From NCBI GenBank assembly GCA_026770705.1, contig JANJGN010000023.1:13578001-13642000 (forward strand): a DNA stretch of 64,000 bases, given 5' to 3'. The notes beneath the pieces were generated by a model. It did not search any database. It worked only from the letters and a program-made list of their open reading frames with translations, and was not told the DNA's origin. Below, piece by piece: positions 39,882 through 54,045 of this stretch. This DNA is from Isurus oxyrinchus. Lineage: Eukaryota. The position numbers were made by a program, and so were the translations under genes. Every line of letters begins with the position of its first letter. Positions within the stretch are counted from its first letter, which is position 1.

Positions 39882-40122
39882 TGTTTTGTTGTATATTCAG
39901 GGTCTGGCTGGGGTTGCTTGGGGTGTGTCTATTCCCCAAAAGCTGCTCGAGACTGTAGCTTACTAATTTATAGTTTGTTTATTTACAGATAATATGTACA
40001 TATTGGTAACTCTGCATAAGGTTAGAACTTCTCCTTACTCCAAATCTCTGTTACTGAATCATATGATGTTACATCATCAATACATCAGCATGTGCTTCTG
40101 ACATTAACTCTTTTACTCTTCA
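39882..40122 (-). repeat. 5' LTR
   Basis: Diverged direct repeat of 35557-35780 (20/24 identity over the first 24 nt, several indels further in). Confidence 0.85.
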
Positions 40123-42559
40123 TTCTGCTCTCTTTTTGTCTTTCTGTAATTTAATTTTTTCTTTTAAATCAGTAAGGTGAAATTTGTGTTCGCATTTCTC
40201 TTGTCTGTGTTTCATTTCAGTTCAACATTAACAAACTATCCTTAATCAAGTTCCAGGCCCCAGCAACAAACAAGAACTATAAACTTTTAAAGTACAAACC
40301 CAATGTATCATAGATCAATTAGTGTTGTAGCTTTCAATTACTTCCTGAAGATAAAAGCATGCCCAAGGAAGCCCTTTCACAGATTACTGGTTTTACTTTT
40401 GCACATTCACACATGATTGGAATATTAGATACACAGCTGTTTTCAAATGTTCCATTTCAGGTCTATCAGTAGACTGCGCAAAATGTGCCATCCTAACGTG
40501 AGAGCGTTTATTGCAGTCAAGCATAATTCCAGAAATCTAGGCATCAATGAGGCTTGGCCATCCAAATGATTCATGAATCAAAAATGTTTTGAGTCAAGTT
40601 TTCCACATCTTTTCATGTGCAAGTGACTACCTTTTTGTCAGAAAACCTCTAATAAACTTTGAAATAGTCATACAGGTCATTCTGCATAAAGTACTCAACA
40701 TACCCCGCGAAAATCTGACATCTTTCCACTTTCCTCCTCATTATGGGATCATTCAATCATATTGGTTGACTGGTTGAATTAATGCTTTCACTACCTTCCA
40801 CTACAGTTTCCACCTGTTCTCAATTAAAAAAGGAATCAAGTCAAGTTCAGGAGGGGTTGTAGTGAAATGGCACTTTGTTATCATGCCCAGAGACTATCTA
40901 ATCTTGCCAACTGCTTCACATGAGAGCACTTTCTTCAACTGCCTCTGTGCAGCAATGTTATAGAAATATTCTGATGTTATACTGTAACTTCAATGCCTAA
41001 ACATTGAGGGGAACTCTCTGCTCTTTTTCAAAGAGTATTGTACGCACTTCTATGTCCACCTGAGAAAGTAAAGTGTCCATTCTAATGTGTCAACTGAAGA
41101 TGGCACCTCGGTACTGAACCGTCAGCCTAGATTATTTGTTTAAATCTCTGTTGTGGGGTTGAATCCAGAATTTCTGGCTTAGGGCTCAGTGGTAGCACTT
41201 TCACCTAAGATATCAATTATTATTTTGTCTAAATAGGCATTCTTTATGAGAGCCAAAACTTGGGGTGCCAGCAGCTCTTCCAACCATGGAATGCACCAAC
41301 ATGTCCCATCTCACCCGATAGCCATACATGCACACTTTTCAGTATGAACTACTGGGTGGTGATTAGGAGATCTACCCTAGTACCTGAGTCAAATGATATC
41401 TCAGAAGGCATCAATTAACTCAGCGTCATCCTCATACACAAATAATTACAAAGACAAGTAATTAAACAGGATATAAAAATGATTTGTCCAATGTTTAGCT
41501 ATGCACACACCAAAATGGCAGACAAGCATTAGTGGAAACATTGTAAAGTAATATATTTTGTCCAAATAGAATAATTTAATGTCCTACTTAGTCTTGCAGT
41601 CAGAGGTTAGAGTATACTTACTATTTCCCTAAATCTGATTACCCAACTCTAATGTAAACTCATTGAATTTTGTGCTTCTAATCAGCACCAGCTTGAATTG
41701 AACCCACTTCCGGGGTAGGTTTCACATCAGGGTCAATCTGCAGGCACTGCAATGTAAAAGGTCACTGATCTCCTGCCAGATTTGCTTTCTTCAGTGCAAC
41801 CAATCTAAAAAACAAATGCTGCTCTCATGCTCGCAGTGCTTGACGCACACCCTCAGCATCTGCCATAGCAATATCAATTTCATGCAAAATTGCGCACTTG
41901 TTTCACAAGTTCTCTGTGGGTGCTGAAAACCAAGGCTGTGGCTTTTCTGAGGTGAAAGTAATTCTGCAGGCGCATTCTGAACAAATGTGAATCAGACACT
42001 GAGGTTTTTCAGCTTTGTAACTGGTGAAACATTGCAACATTCCTCCATTGACGCAAGTTGGATGCAGTGAGCAAGAGGGGCTGTATGCCACAGCGATAAT
42101 GCCTTACCACTGGGTACTTGGATCTTCTGGTTGTGCAGATGTCATAAAATGAGTTAGAGACCAGAAAACCTCCAAAAGATGAACCTCAGAATTATTGCCA
42201 TCAACTTTCCCACCTGCTGACGTTATTTCTTTGTGTTGAGAGGTTATATTTGTCATCACTCAGAAATATTCAGAAATCATCTGCAATGTTTCTAGGATTA
42301 CTAATGCAAAATTGAGATACTTGGGCAGTAAATCAGGCTACACATGGTAAGTCTACGTTATCGACATTAAAACACTGACCACATTGCACAAACATTTCAC
42401 TATTTTAAAGCACTTTGCGATGTCCTAGGGTTACGCAAGGTGCTATATAAATGCAAATTCTTTCTTTTCACTTAAAGTGTAGAAATTAATGAAACTTATT
42501 GGAAGGTATTATTTCAAGCAAAAAAAGAGAAACGGAAAGGCTGCGGGAGCTTATGTAGG

Positions 42560-42990
42560 AAATTTCACAGAGTGGGGATTAGACAGCTGAAAACCTAATA
42601 GTTAGATGGGATGAGAGGCAGACACACAAGAGGCCAGCGTTGGAGGACTAGAGAATTCTGGGGTTCTTAGGTTTGAAGAGCTTGCAAGCGAAATGTCCTG
42701 AAGAGGTTAAAATATGAAGATGAGAATTTTACATTGCGTTCATATCGTTTTTTTTTTAGCGACTTCAGAATATCCCAGAGCATTTCACAGGCAACAAAGT
42801 CCATTTGCAGTGTTAGCACTTTTGAGATGAAGCAATCTGCGCACAGCAAGATCCCACAAACAGCAGTGAGATAAAGGACCTGGCAATCTATTTTAAAGAT
42901 GCTTGTTGAGAAATAAATCTTCAATCAGTCAGAACAAGAATTCCCCGGGTCTTCTTCAAATAACGCCTCTTTCGTATCTACCCGAGAGCG
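42560..42990 (-). mobile_element. Adjacent L2 fragment and Deu-SINE fragment
   Basis: L2-like to about 42735, then GCGCACAGCAAGATCCCACAAACAGCA (Deu-SINE core, also seen at 49331-49360). Confidence 0.55.
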
Positions 42991-45802
42991 CATTTTGTTT
43001 GCGGTGATGGTGGGAGGTGGGGGGCATTGGTAGCCCAAAAAAACATTTGCAATTTGTCTCACCATGTCATTACGCATTTTAGCTAGATTAGTATCATTTG
43101 TGAAAAAGAACTGATTCACTTGCATCTTAACAAAACTGACTCTGGAGATTACTGGAATCCCTTCAAGATATCGCTACCATTTGCATCAAAATGCATATGT
43201 ATAAATACTTCCTAATGGGAAGTTTCATGCATCATTAGAAAGCGAGCGCAGCCTTTCTTGCCTTCTCTACCCAAAACAGTAGTTCTGATAATCCTTTCTA
43301 TACTTACAAACTCGGCTCTAAGGTGGGAATGGGAGTGTTGCTAAATCCACAATCCGGTACCTGTTTAACTCAGCTATGGTAAAGAAAATAAAGCTATCAA
43401 ATGGCTTTATTGCACACCACGCTTCATTTATTCTGCTTCCGAGGCCCCTTCCCCTATTGCAATTTCTGCTTGCCTCTTTATTGCTTGTTATGTAGAGAGG
43501 TATATTATCTATATGATTTTTCCTCTCCTGCGTCTGGAGCGTGTCATCCATCTGATAAGACATCTCGGTAAGGCATACCCTCCAGCCACTTCATTCGATC
43601 ACAGAATATTGCAAATCCAGCCTTGTTTTTTAAAGACTTCCAAATGTGCTTTCTTTATGCTGCCCTCCATCACTGTCAGCTTTCAGATACCACAACATAA
43701 TGAAACTCTTCAGCCTGCAGCCTACAGCCCTGTTTACACGCAAAGGTTTAATTTAGGATTGAAGCTGAATTAACCTCTTCCAGTCCAACATTTTGCCCAC
43801 AGTATGTTTTACTCAGAAGCTCGTTTGCAGACTATTTTACTGCCTCAATGTCTACAGTGTTTATTGGCCCAGTTTAGAGGCAGCATAGCAACTTCCCACC
43901 ACAAAACTGTGGTCAGAAGCTCTGCCTGGGGAAAACCTGAGTACAAAATATCAGCTGAAGTTATAATCTAATTTGGAGTTCTTGATATAGGGCATTAGTG
44001 TTGTGCAACCAGGGCAACACAGTGCAATTTTTCCAGTTCTGAATCTATACTACAAAATAAAGAGCAGATTCAGCAGTGTGTAAGCGTACATTGTACTCAT
44101 TACAGCTATTCCGAATTGGTGGCTGAAAACAGACTAAAACACGTGTTAAAACCTACATTAACACTTACAAATCTCCTATTATCGCTTACAATAAAAGTTT
44201 TTGCATAATAAGTTCAACCCACTAGAAATGCCTGTTTGTGGAAAAGTTTTGAAAACAGCCAATGTACCAGACTGTTAAGGTAAACAAGGGCATTTTAATA
44301 CCTTAGTCATAGTTCAGGGGGGAAAACTGCTCAGATACCCACAACCTCTAAATGCATACTCCTCTTTTTACTGTCTCCAGTCGTCAGCCTCCTTTGGAGC
44401 ATGACTAGGGCTCTAACTGCAACTCTCAGAACCCAAGCAAAAGTTGTGTCTCTGGGGCCATCAGCTCCTTTTTATTATGTAGTGTAGGGCAGCAAAGTAC
44501 CGTACCTGTCTACTGTCAATGATAAGTCATCAGTGTGCAAACACTGTAATGCTAAACCTTGATGCAGTGACTGCCCTCTGGCTGACATTCAACAAGCTGG
44601 CACAACAGTCGGGAAAGTTCTCATAAGAGCATTGAAGACACATGGTCAGGTAGTGTAGATTGCCTGCTTCCTGGCAAAGAGAGCAATTTCATAGCTTTTA
44701 TTTTCATCAAGCATATGTTCCAAGCTTTAATCTTCTTGGGTAAACAGCAGATTTCTTCCACCATTATTGACAAATGGAAAGCACCATCTATCACACATTC
44801 CATTATTCTCTTAAGCAGATGCCTGAGGTTAAAAACAGTAGGTGGGAGGGCGCCCATTGTCCAGACAATCTTGACATTTAACTTATTAAAAAAGAAAAAT
44901 TGATTTTATAAATCTGTGAAAATATCTACGAATAAATCATCATTATATTGACTGACACACAAAGTTAAATCACAGTGTGGTTCCAAAAGCAAGCTGAGCT
45001 TCATGAAGTCCCTAAATACCTAAAGAAGACATGGGAAAATGTTACCTTAATTGTGGATGTTATCACTTGGTGACAGTATGTGAGGGGTAAAGCAGCAGTA
45101 CAACATATCATGACTCCTAGTTAAAGTTAAAATTGAGAAACTGTGCTTAAATTAAGCTACAAAAATACGCTTTCATTTTTCTCTCCCTTCCAATTTTCTC
45201 TTTTTCCCACAGTAAGCTGCAGTGCCCTAAAGATTGCTCTAGCTGAAATCAGCTAATTCAGTACAAAAGCCTGGGACTTCCTTGGTCATTTTGCTTAATA
45301 CTACTTCAGACAAGTGCTTTTCTTTTTAGGCTCAATTTTTCTGTTCATTGCTAACCTATAAGGATTCGTGGAAACTTCTGACTTAGCCAGTTTTTGTTCA
45401 GGCAAATTCACTTTTCATAAAATTTAGCCAGGCTTCATGAAGCCCCTCAAAATCCCCTCAATAGGTCATGATCCTATGAGAGACTTTACAGACCCTGGGT
45501 TATGGAAGGGAAAAGCTGCCTGGGTTCCCTCCCCTAATTGCTATTCAGTAACAACATTCATCAATGCTTCCAGAAGTGGGGCGGTCAGCTGTCATATCAT
45601 CCACAAATACTCATCATAACACACATTTACATAGCGCCTTTAGTGTAGTAAGATGTCCCAACATCTTTCAGGCCATCAGTGCAAGAAGCTGAAGGACAAT
45701 TTGCTCCACTGAAATCAGATGTCAGCAAGAATCTATCTATACCTTCAAGACAAATGGGGGGGAGGGGTCAACGATTTTTGAGAAATACACTATTCCTTTA
45801 CA

Positions 45803-46248
45803 TAAGGATGGAAGGTACTGGATTGGTCCCTAGGATAAGGAGGTTGTCCTATGATGTGAGGCTGAGTAAACTGGGCTTGTATCCTCTGGAGTTTAGAATA
45901 ATGAGGAGATCCCATTGAAACAAACAAGATTCTGAAGCGGTTTGACAGGGTATATACTGGTTGGGGAATCTTGAGCATGGAGCACAGGTAAGGGGCCGAT
46001 CATTTAGATGTGAGATGAGGAGGAATTTCTTCACTCAAAGGGTTGTGAATCTTTGGGATTCCCTACCCCAGAGGGTTGTGGATGTTCAATCATTGAATAT
46101 TTTTAAGGCTGAGATAGGCACTCAGGGAATCAAGGGATAAAGGGAGGTAAAGTGGAGTTGAAGCCAAAGATCAGCTATGGTCATACTGAACGGCGGAGCA
46201 GGCTTACCAGGCTATATGGTCTATTCCTGCTCCTGTTTCTTATGTTTT
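45803..46248 (+). mobile_element. CR1 LINE 3' fragment
   Basis: LSYDVRLSKLGLYPLEFR peptide, RRNFFTQRVVNLW-like region, tail TTCTTATGTT. Confidence 0.85.
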
Positions 46249-46345
46249 TAACCCAAAGTACTGACCTGCAGAAGAAAGCAAGAAACATAAATAGTTGGTT
46301 TTGCTCAGCTTAATGGTGCTCCATGCTGAGTTATGTAAGTAGTAT

Positions 46346-46496
46346 TTAGATGTGCACTTGCGATGCCATGGCACACAAGGCTATGGGCCTAGTGCTGAAA
46401 AACAGAATTAGGATTGTTACATACTTGTTTGACTGGCGCAGGCTCGATGGGCCGAAGGGCCTATTTCTGTGCTGTAGGCCTCTATGACTATGACTA
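46346..46496 (+). mobile_element. CR1-type 3' UTR fragment
   Basis: GATGGGCCGAAGGGCCTATTTCTGTGCTGTA...CTATGACTATGACT tail. Confidence 0.7.
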
Positions 46497-49400
46497 CTAG
46501 TAGAGAGCTTACTCACATGAACAGTGTCACTTGTAAAGAAAGAGTTCAATTACACAGGGTCCCTTCTCCTGATTACTATTGTGCTGGCAACTGTGAATGT
46601 CAGTGAAGCACAAGATGGGTCTAGTTGCGATGCTTGCCTACATTCAATTTTAAGAACAGCTACTTAAGTAAGATACTGAAGGGCTGTTCAGTTAACTGAG
46701 CCTGAGTAGCCTCCTTCAAAAGAGAGAATAAAAATAAAGTAAATTCAATAAGAAAATTAAGAAAACATTCCTATATTGAAAGATCACAAAGAAAGGCTTC
46801 CATTCCCTAAACACAAGCCATAACCATTAAAGGCAGATTCCAAGCTCTGTCCTGATTCACTATTATGGCTTGTTTAGTGTAAGTTCAATTTGTCTGTTAA
46901 TTCTACTGAATCAAACATTGATCCAAATATTCAGCCTTAAACAGCTGAATTTTCAAACCACAGTTTGGCTTCAACTCTTCACAGGTCTTGATCAAGGCCA
47001 TGGTTAATGCATATATGCATTATTCAGTTCTGAATTCCATGCATCCTGGAAAACAGCTGTCACTTTCTTCCTTGCTTTGGTTATCACTGATTCTCTGCAA
47101 ATGGTTTGCATACCCTTTGCCCATTTACCTTGGCTGCTGCACCAGGATAGGGTGAAGAAGAGACATATGCAGAAAGGGCAGCACATCAATTAGATATAAA
47201 AGTATTTCAAATTAGAAGCCTCCTGTATTATCAATTGATATATAAAATCAAACATATGCAACTAAATCCATCTGTAGGCCAAAAAGCAATGCTGAGCTAG
47301 TTGTATGTGCCAGATACTTGCATCATAATGGAAGTACATGGCAACATAGAACTAGCTCAATGCATTTAGGAGGATGGACGAGAAGATCACTTGACCAACA
47401 TAAAGTAGGGACCAGTGGCCAACACCTCTGTGGAAGTCAGGTTTTTACTTCAAGCCCTGTCAACAGCTTGAAATTTGTATGTCCGCAATCATAAACCACA
47501 TTTACTTTGGATTTATAAACTCATCTTGCCTTTCTTTAAAAAAAAACTTATTTGGCTTGGTGCATTTACACAGGTGTATTTGTGTTCCAGACTGACACCA
47601 TCCTGCATTCACTCTGAAACAATAATCACGTTATAAATAGAGCTCAACCTTTTTACCATTTTTTGTATGTAGATTCTCTCAACAAAATACGACCAGACTT
47701 AATGGCTCAATCTTGTATTTGCCTATTAATTATTTTGAAAGTACACTTACTAGGCAGTGTATTTTACTATAACTATATAATTACAAAAATAAAAACAACT
47801 AAGACAGGTCCTGCTATAGGGCGCCTTCTATTTTGTAAATATCAATATGTTAGTTATGATGCACTAGTTTAGGCACTTACACCTATCGAACTTGGACTCG
47901 AATTCAGTCCTTACTGTTAGCATGAACCTTTCCAATGTATGTTGGCTCCACAATCATTTTCAACCTAGTTCCTCCTGGATTTGGTCCTGCAGCACAAAAC
48001 TGCCCATAGGAACATAGCAAATGGGAAAGGAGAAGGCCATTCAGGCTGCTCTGCCATACAATATGATCATGGCTTGGCATTCACTGGCATAACTGGGCGT
48101 TCACTGGCAATATAAGCAACATTACTCAGATGCCTGGAGCACGTATTTACTAAATGGTTCATTGGTCCAATTGGAAAAGCTCTTATGAGATTGAAATTAT
48201 ACCATGTTGCACAATTAAACGGAGCTTCAGTTTGTATCTAGGCATGCTGCACCCAACCTGGGAGCACTTAATGCTGACAACCCAGTCCAAAACCCGCTCC
48301 AAAACTGGAAAGTCTCCCATTCTCCAACATTGACATCCCTCACCTTGATTAGTGCAAAGGCCACATAAAAAACTAATTAACATTACACAAGCTTAGTCCT
48401 ACACCATATGGTACTACTTTCATCTTCAGCCAAGGCCTCATTTTGAAAGAAATGCATCACCATAACAGTTCAAAAGACAATTTGAAACAAAAATTCCACA
48501 CCTGTTGTACATTATAAACGTTCTGTTTTACAGCTATCTGGATTGTTTGGAGATGTATATATATTTTATATATAAATCTCTAACGTGACTTAACAGGTCA
48601 GTGCAAGTATACAAGTCTACTTGCCTTATACAGGTACTAACCTTTTTGATTCTCAGTTGTGACTGGAAGAGAATATACCCCTTGTTATTTATTTCTGATG
48701 AGACATAAATTTTAAAAAAGACAACAGATACCTGTAAATGAATTGAAGAAAGCAATCCACAATGTGTTCTGAACTATTCTGATGGATTACTCCCCGGTAA
48801 TTCATTTAAAGATATCCATTATCCTCAATTTCATTTTCCTGAAGTTCTTATTAAATTGCATTCATCCCATTCATAAGACACTGCTTAGACAATGACATTT
48901 CTTTAAATTTCTTTAAAGACATTTCTTTAAAAAAAAAGTTAGCGGTGTAATGTTTATGTTAATCGCACCTGAAGCATTAGAAAGACTTGCATTTATTTAG
49001 CTCTTTAAGTACGATCTGAAGTGCAGTAATGTTGAAAGCTGGTGTTAGGAGGAACTTGTTTGAGACAGTGATATCAAGGAAGCTCACATATTTTGGACAG
49101 GAGGGGAGCGTTTGGAAAAAGAGGTAAGGAAAGGCAAAAGACCTAGAAAACGTGTACAAGATGGCATGGATGGATTATATCAGAATGTGGGCTGGCCTCT
49201 CTATGCGCAGGCGGTGGGGGCAGCGGAGAACAGAAATCAGTATAGAAAGATTGTGCGGCCAATCCTCGTAACAAGGACGGATGAGAGAAAGGCAGGCACG
49301 CATTCGTGTAGGAAAAGTGGCAGCTAGTTTGTGCACAGTGAGATCCCACAAACAGCAATGAGATAGATGATCAGATAATCTGTTTAGTTAGATGGTTCTG

Positions 49401-50999
49401 CTGCCTCTTGACAATGCTGTTTTTTCAGTAACTCTGGAAATTGCAATGCTGCAATAGTAACTCATTTTGCCAGGAATGTTGGCCGCACCTGTGCTGAGTG
49501 CTCACTTTGCAAATACAAACCAGCAATCTGCGCTTTCCAACCATTTGTCTGTACAAACTTTCCCAGTCATCAGGGAAGGCCCAAAGACTAGAAGCTAAAG
49601 TCATAATGTGCTGTGGAAATCAGATGCAACATAAATAGGGACGATCTTGAAGATACATCCTCAAATCAAACTAATTCACTTCCTGAGTATCTGGTTCCAG
49701 AAAGGCTGTGATGAGGTGCTGGGAACAAGTCTCCTGCTCACTTTCATATTGACAGCTGGTAAATGGACAAAGGCAAGTAACAAATGAAGAATGAAAGAAC
49801 TGAAAAAGGAGAAATAGAACATTTCCATAATTACGAAGATGCACATACCCCACACATAAACAAATGTTAAATATTTTGCAACGCATCAACAACCTTCTTT
49901 ACAGGGTGAATTTGCACTACATTAAAAAATCAATGACTGGCAACAGCATATGAGGGAATACAATCAGGACACTGAACATGCAAATACTCCTACTTCGATC
50001 TATATTATCTCAAATATAACTTTCGCAACACAAGAGTCAACATGAACAAGAGCTGAACATATTTCTAAACAAACAACTTTAAACCCCACCTTCTGCATGC
50101 AGCAACATAATTAATTCAGGGAGGACTGGAATAACATGCCAATCGATGCATAAGCAGGATATCAAAATAAAAATGAAACTCTTTTTGTAAATTTTCTCCC
50201 CCTTTCTTCAGAAGATGCTGATTCTTGCTGTGGCCAGAGGCACCAATTCTCTCTAGTGTCTCCCTCAAGTGACAATTTTCCACACATAAGATCAGAGTTG
50301 AACAACACAGCAGCACTTGGTAAATCGGCTTGTGCGAGTCCTGAACAATAATGCTGGAGGGCCAATTCCAATATCATTCACACACTCGCTATCCAGCGAT
50401 CGATAACAAGAAACCAGATAAATTTCTGTTCCTTCACTCAAGCTGAGGCCACATGCAACACTGACCTGACTGATATCAACTTGAGTTTAAAGCTAAGCAT
50501 CAGAAAATGACAAGAGTTCAGACAACAACAGAGTTCAGGCAGGATCAGAATAAGATGCTCAGCAAAACAAGCCCATTATATGTTTGACAGGAGCTCTCTG
50601 CTCCTCCCAAACAAGAAGTGGCATTAGGCTGACTCATCATACTCATGACACAGTCATCATGCTCACTGTTCATTTGACATTTGGGATGTACTGTCAGCCT
50701 TAACGTCAACACCCATAATTTACACACAAAAAACAGCTCAACTGCAGAAAGTCATCTAATATTTACAACTATTCGCTACCGCATTCAAAATTCAGACGTT
50801 TTCTATCAAGTAAAAAAATTCAAAGTGCATAATGAGTACTAAAATGTAGAATTAAAAGATGTTCCAGAAATAACAATTTCCAACTTTTCTCCTTCAAATC
50901 TAAGGGACAAAGACTTGATCATATCTGATATATAGCAAGTTTTACTATCCATCAACATACATGACTGAACCACATCAAGTTCTAGTAGACCTCACCAAA

Positions 51000-52010
51000 G
51001 CCACCCACTATTCCAGGGACATCCTGGAGGGTAAAAGTACTTCCAGCCTGCATCAACCACACTCACCTCCAACTTAATAGACATCTTTGTCACTTAAGAT
51101 TCAGGCCATTCATTTAGCCTTCGCTGCCATTCTCCGACCTTCATCCCCAACAACTTCATTCTGCACACTAAACCAAATCTATCACCCCATCTCCACCCAG
51201 GTTGCTTCCTACCCTAGCCCCAATCTCTCTCCAGTTTTTCTCCCAGCTCCTTCCCTGCCCTCCCATCTTTGCCCCATTCCCATTGTCCATCCAACTTCCC
51301 TCTTAGTTCACACTCACTGACATTCTAAATGGTTCTCTCGCTCCTCAGGTACTGAAACTTCCCTTTCAAAACGACTGTCCGATACAATACCGAGCTGAGC
51401 TTCTGATACCCACATCATCTCTAAAGAGCTGCCTACATTAAACTCCGTAACATGCCTCCGCTCTCATTTCAAACCATCTGTTGTCGCAACCCTTTTGCAT
51501 GTTTTTGCCGCTTATAGTCTTGACTACTCTAATGCCCCTGCCTAGTCATCTACCCATCTCCGACCCTTTGTAAATTAATTAATCCTGTTGCCCTTATTCT
51601 GTTTCACACTAAGTTTCACCAAACCCCGGTTCAACAGCTCCTCAAATTTAAAAGCTTCATTCCCATGTTTAAATCTACTCATGGCCTTTCCATTCTCTGT
51701 TTTGTAAATCTCCTCCCACCCAATGACCCCACCCCTTGATCTTCCCGTTCTCTCTGATACTGGCCTTCGCTGCATCTACCCTTCCTTTGTCTTTTGGTAG
51801 CCATCCCAGCAGTTGTCTAGGTCCTAAGTTCTGGAATCCCCACTGTAAACTCCTCCTCCACCTCTTGCTCACCTCTTATATATTTTACTTCCTTTCTTGA
51901 AATTCACCTCTTGTTATTGAACTAATAACAACCCTTTGGTTCAGGGTCCATTGTTTTCACTATGCCTTTAAAGCATTTTAGGACATATTCTTCATTAAAA
52001 ATGCAACAGC
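51000..52010 (+). mobile_element. Old L2 LINE fragments
   Basis: C/T-rich decayed ORF2 end (CTTGACTACTCTAATG) and 3' tail similar to 17340-17925. Confidence 0.55.
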
Positions 52011-52315
52011 TGTCATGCAAATAAACATTGTCCTTCTTATAACAACCGTTAAATAGACTTATAAAAATAAATCTCAAGTTTAATTTATTAATGCACAATA
52101 CTAATCAAATCCAGATTCCAGAGGTATATTGTGAAAATGTTAGAAGTGCGATAATACTGAATGTGAGAGTGAGAGAGAGAGAGAGATATCACAAACCAAT
52201 TTAAATATATAGAGCTCTGATTTTTATAAGAATAAAATACATCAACGTTGGCAGATGAATGGCCTCCTCCTGTCTTAGAAATTCTACATTTTTAACTAAA
52301 CAAACAATCCTTAAA

Positions 52316-52505
52316 TAAAAACAGAAAATGCCGGACAAACTCAGCAGGTCTGGCAGCATCTGTGGACAGAGAAACAGAGAAGAGTAATGCGGACTCAAAA
52401 TGTTAACTTTGTTTCTCTCTCCGCAGATGCTGCCAGACCTGCTGAGTTTTTCCAGCATTTTCTGTTTTTATTTCAGATTTCCAACATCCGCAGTATTTTG
52501 CTTTA
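52316..52505. mobile_element. Palindromic Penelope-like repeat with a perfect 14-bp TSD
   Basis: Inverted arms ACTCAGCAGGTCTGGCAGCATCTG / CAGATGCTGCCAGACCTGCTGAGT; AAACAATCCTTAAA at both 52302-52315 and 52506-52519. Confidence 0.85.
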
Positions 52506-52719
52506 AAACAATCCTTAAAGGTTGGAATTCACTTACCAACTTACACAGAGCCATGTAATATTTTACGAAACATCCCCATAGATCGCTGTCCTTTCCTATC
52601 ACGTGACTGGCAGAGAAGTTTTATTGCAGTGATATCATCTCCTGTCTAAGCTCGCATGGTGGGTCAACGTTGAGAAAGAGGTTGGGCCTCTTTCTGTGCA
52701 ACTTCTACATGCAGAAAAG

Positions 52720-53159
52720 ATGTATGAGAACCCAGGGATGAGACACTCCGGTTATGCAGACAGACTGGAGAATCTGGGATTATTCTTCTGAGAGAAGGTT
52801 GAGGAGAGATTTGGTAGAGGTGTTCAAAATCAGAGCAGATCTGTTATCACTGGTAGAAGGGTTGAGAACCAGAGGTCAGAAATTTAAGGTGAATGGCTAA
52901 AGAGCCAATAGTGACATGAGGAAAACTTTTTTAACACCGTGAGTGATTCGGATCTGGGATGCACTGCCTGCGAGTGTGGTGAGGGTAGATTCAATTTTGG
53001 TTTTCGAAGGGAGTTGGGTCTGAAGAGAACAAAAAAAATTGCAGAGTTACAGAAAAAGGGCAGGGTTGTGGGGTTAGCTGATTTGCTGTTACAGAGAGCT
53101 GGCATGGGCTAGATGGGCCAAATGGCGTTCTTCTGTACTGTAACCACTCTATGATTCTA
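52720..53159 (+). mobile_element. CR1 LINE 3' fragment
   Basis: RLRRDLVEVFK-like region; tail CTCTATGATTCTA. Confidence 0.8.
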
Positions 53160-53769
53160 CATATTTGCAAAAGCTAAATTTAAGATAGAAACCTGAATGA
53201 AATTCACAGAATGCAAGCAAGAGCGAAAACAGAAGGATTGGAATCCAAATGAAAGGTGCCTTAGGTGACTGCGTATCAAAAATTCAAACAGCAAACCTTA
53301 ACCAGGTGGCAGAAATAGAAACTACAAAACTCAGCAAGAGCTAAGCTTACCAAGCGCAAAAATGTTACAATGGCTCAGTCTTGCATCTGTTGCACAAAAC
53401 ATCAGCTGTCTGGGAATGCACTAGTGGCTGCAATATAGCTTCGGAATTTAGGTCACTACACAAACTGTTCAGAAACCTTTGTTGCGGTCTATGAGACGAT
53501 TACTGCACCTCTGATATGTTATTACCCAAAGCTAATTCTCACTTTATCTCAAGCTGCAATATATTATTAGCTAACATGCAATAGCAAAAAGCACTTAACT
53601 AAATAATTAGATGCGCATTTATTATCAAATTCGTACTCCTATTTTAAGTCAGGTTAGGGAGTCAATCTGAGGCATAGTGCACTGCAAATTAAACATGGTG
53701 ACTTTATTTATAGTAACTATTTTAATATGTACAGTAAATGCACAAATAAAATGTTTTTGTACAAAGACC

Positions 53770-54045
53770 TCAACAGCAGAAGCTTGCATTTATATACTGC
53801 CTTTAACATCATAAAAAGTCCCAAAACGCCTCATCGGAGCATAGAAGATAAAACTCTTGCACTGATATTAAGTCAAACGATCAAAAACTTCATCATGGAG
53901 ATAGGTTTTAAGGAGCATCTTCAAGGAGGAAAGAGAGATAGAGAGGTAGAGAGGTTTAGGGCAAGAATTCCACAGCTTTGGGCCTTAACAGTTGAAGGCA
54001 CAGCAATCAATGATAGAGTGATTAAAATCAGGAATGCTCAACTGT
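53770..54045 (-). mobile_element. L2 LINE 3' fragment
   Basis: Reversed tail CTTGCATTTATATACTGCCTTTAAC...GGTTTTAAGGAGCATCTT. Confidence 0.65.

Larger units (their letters stand above)
35557..40122 (-). mobile_element. Full-length degenerate Ty3/Gypsy LTR retrotransposon
   Basis: Two LTRs with TG...CA ends, PBS, purine-rich tract, and gag-PR-RT-RNaseH-IN order on the minus strand. Confidence 0.92.

Noticed and set aside
50515-50537. Two AGTTCA half-sites
   Set aside because: 11-nt spacing is not a canonical RARE.
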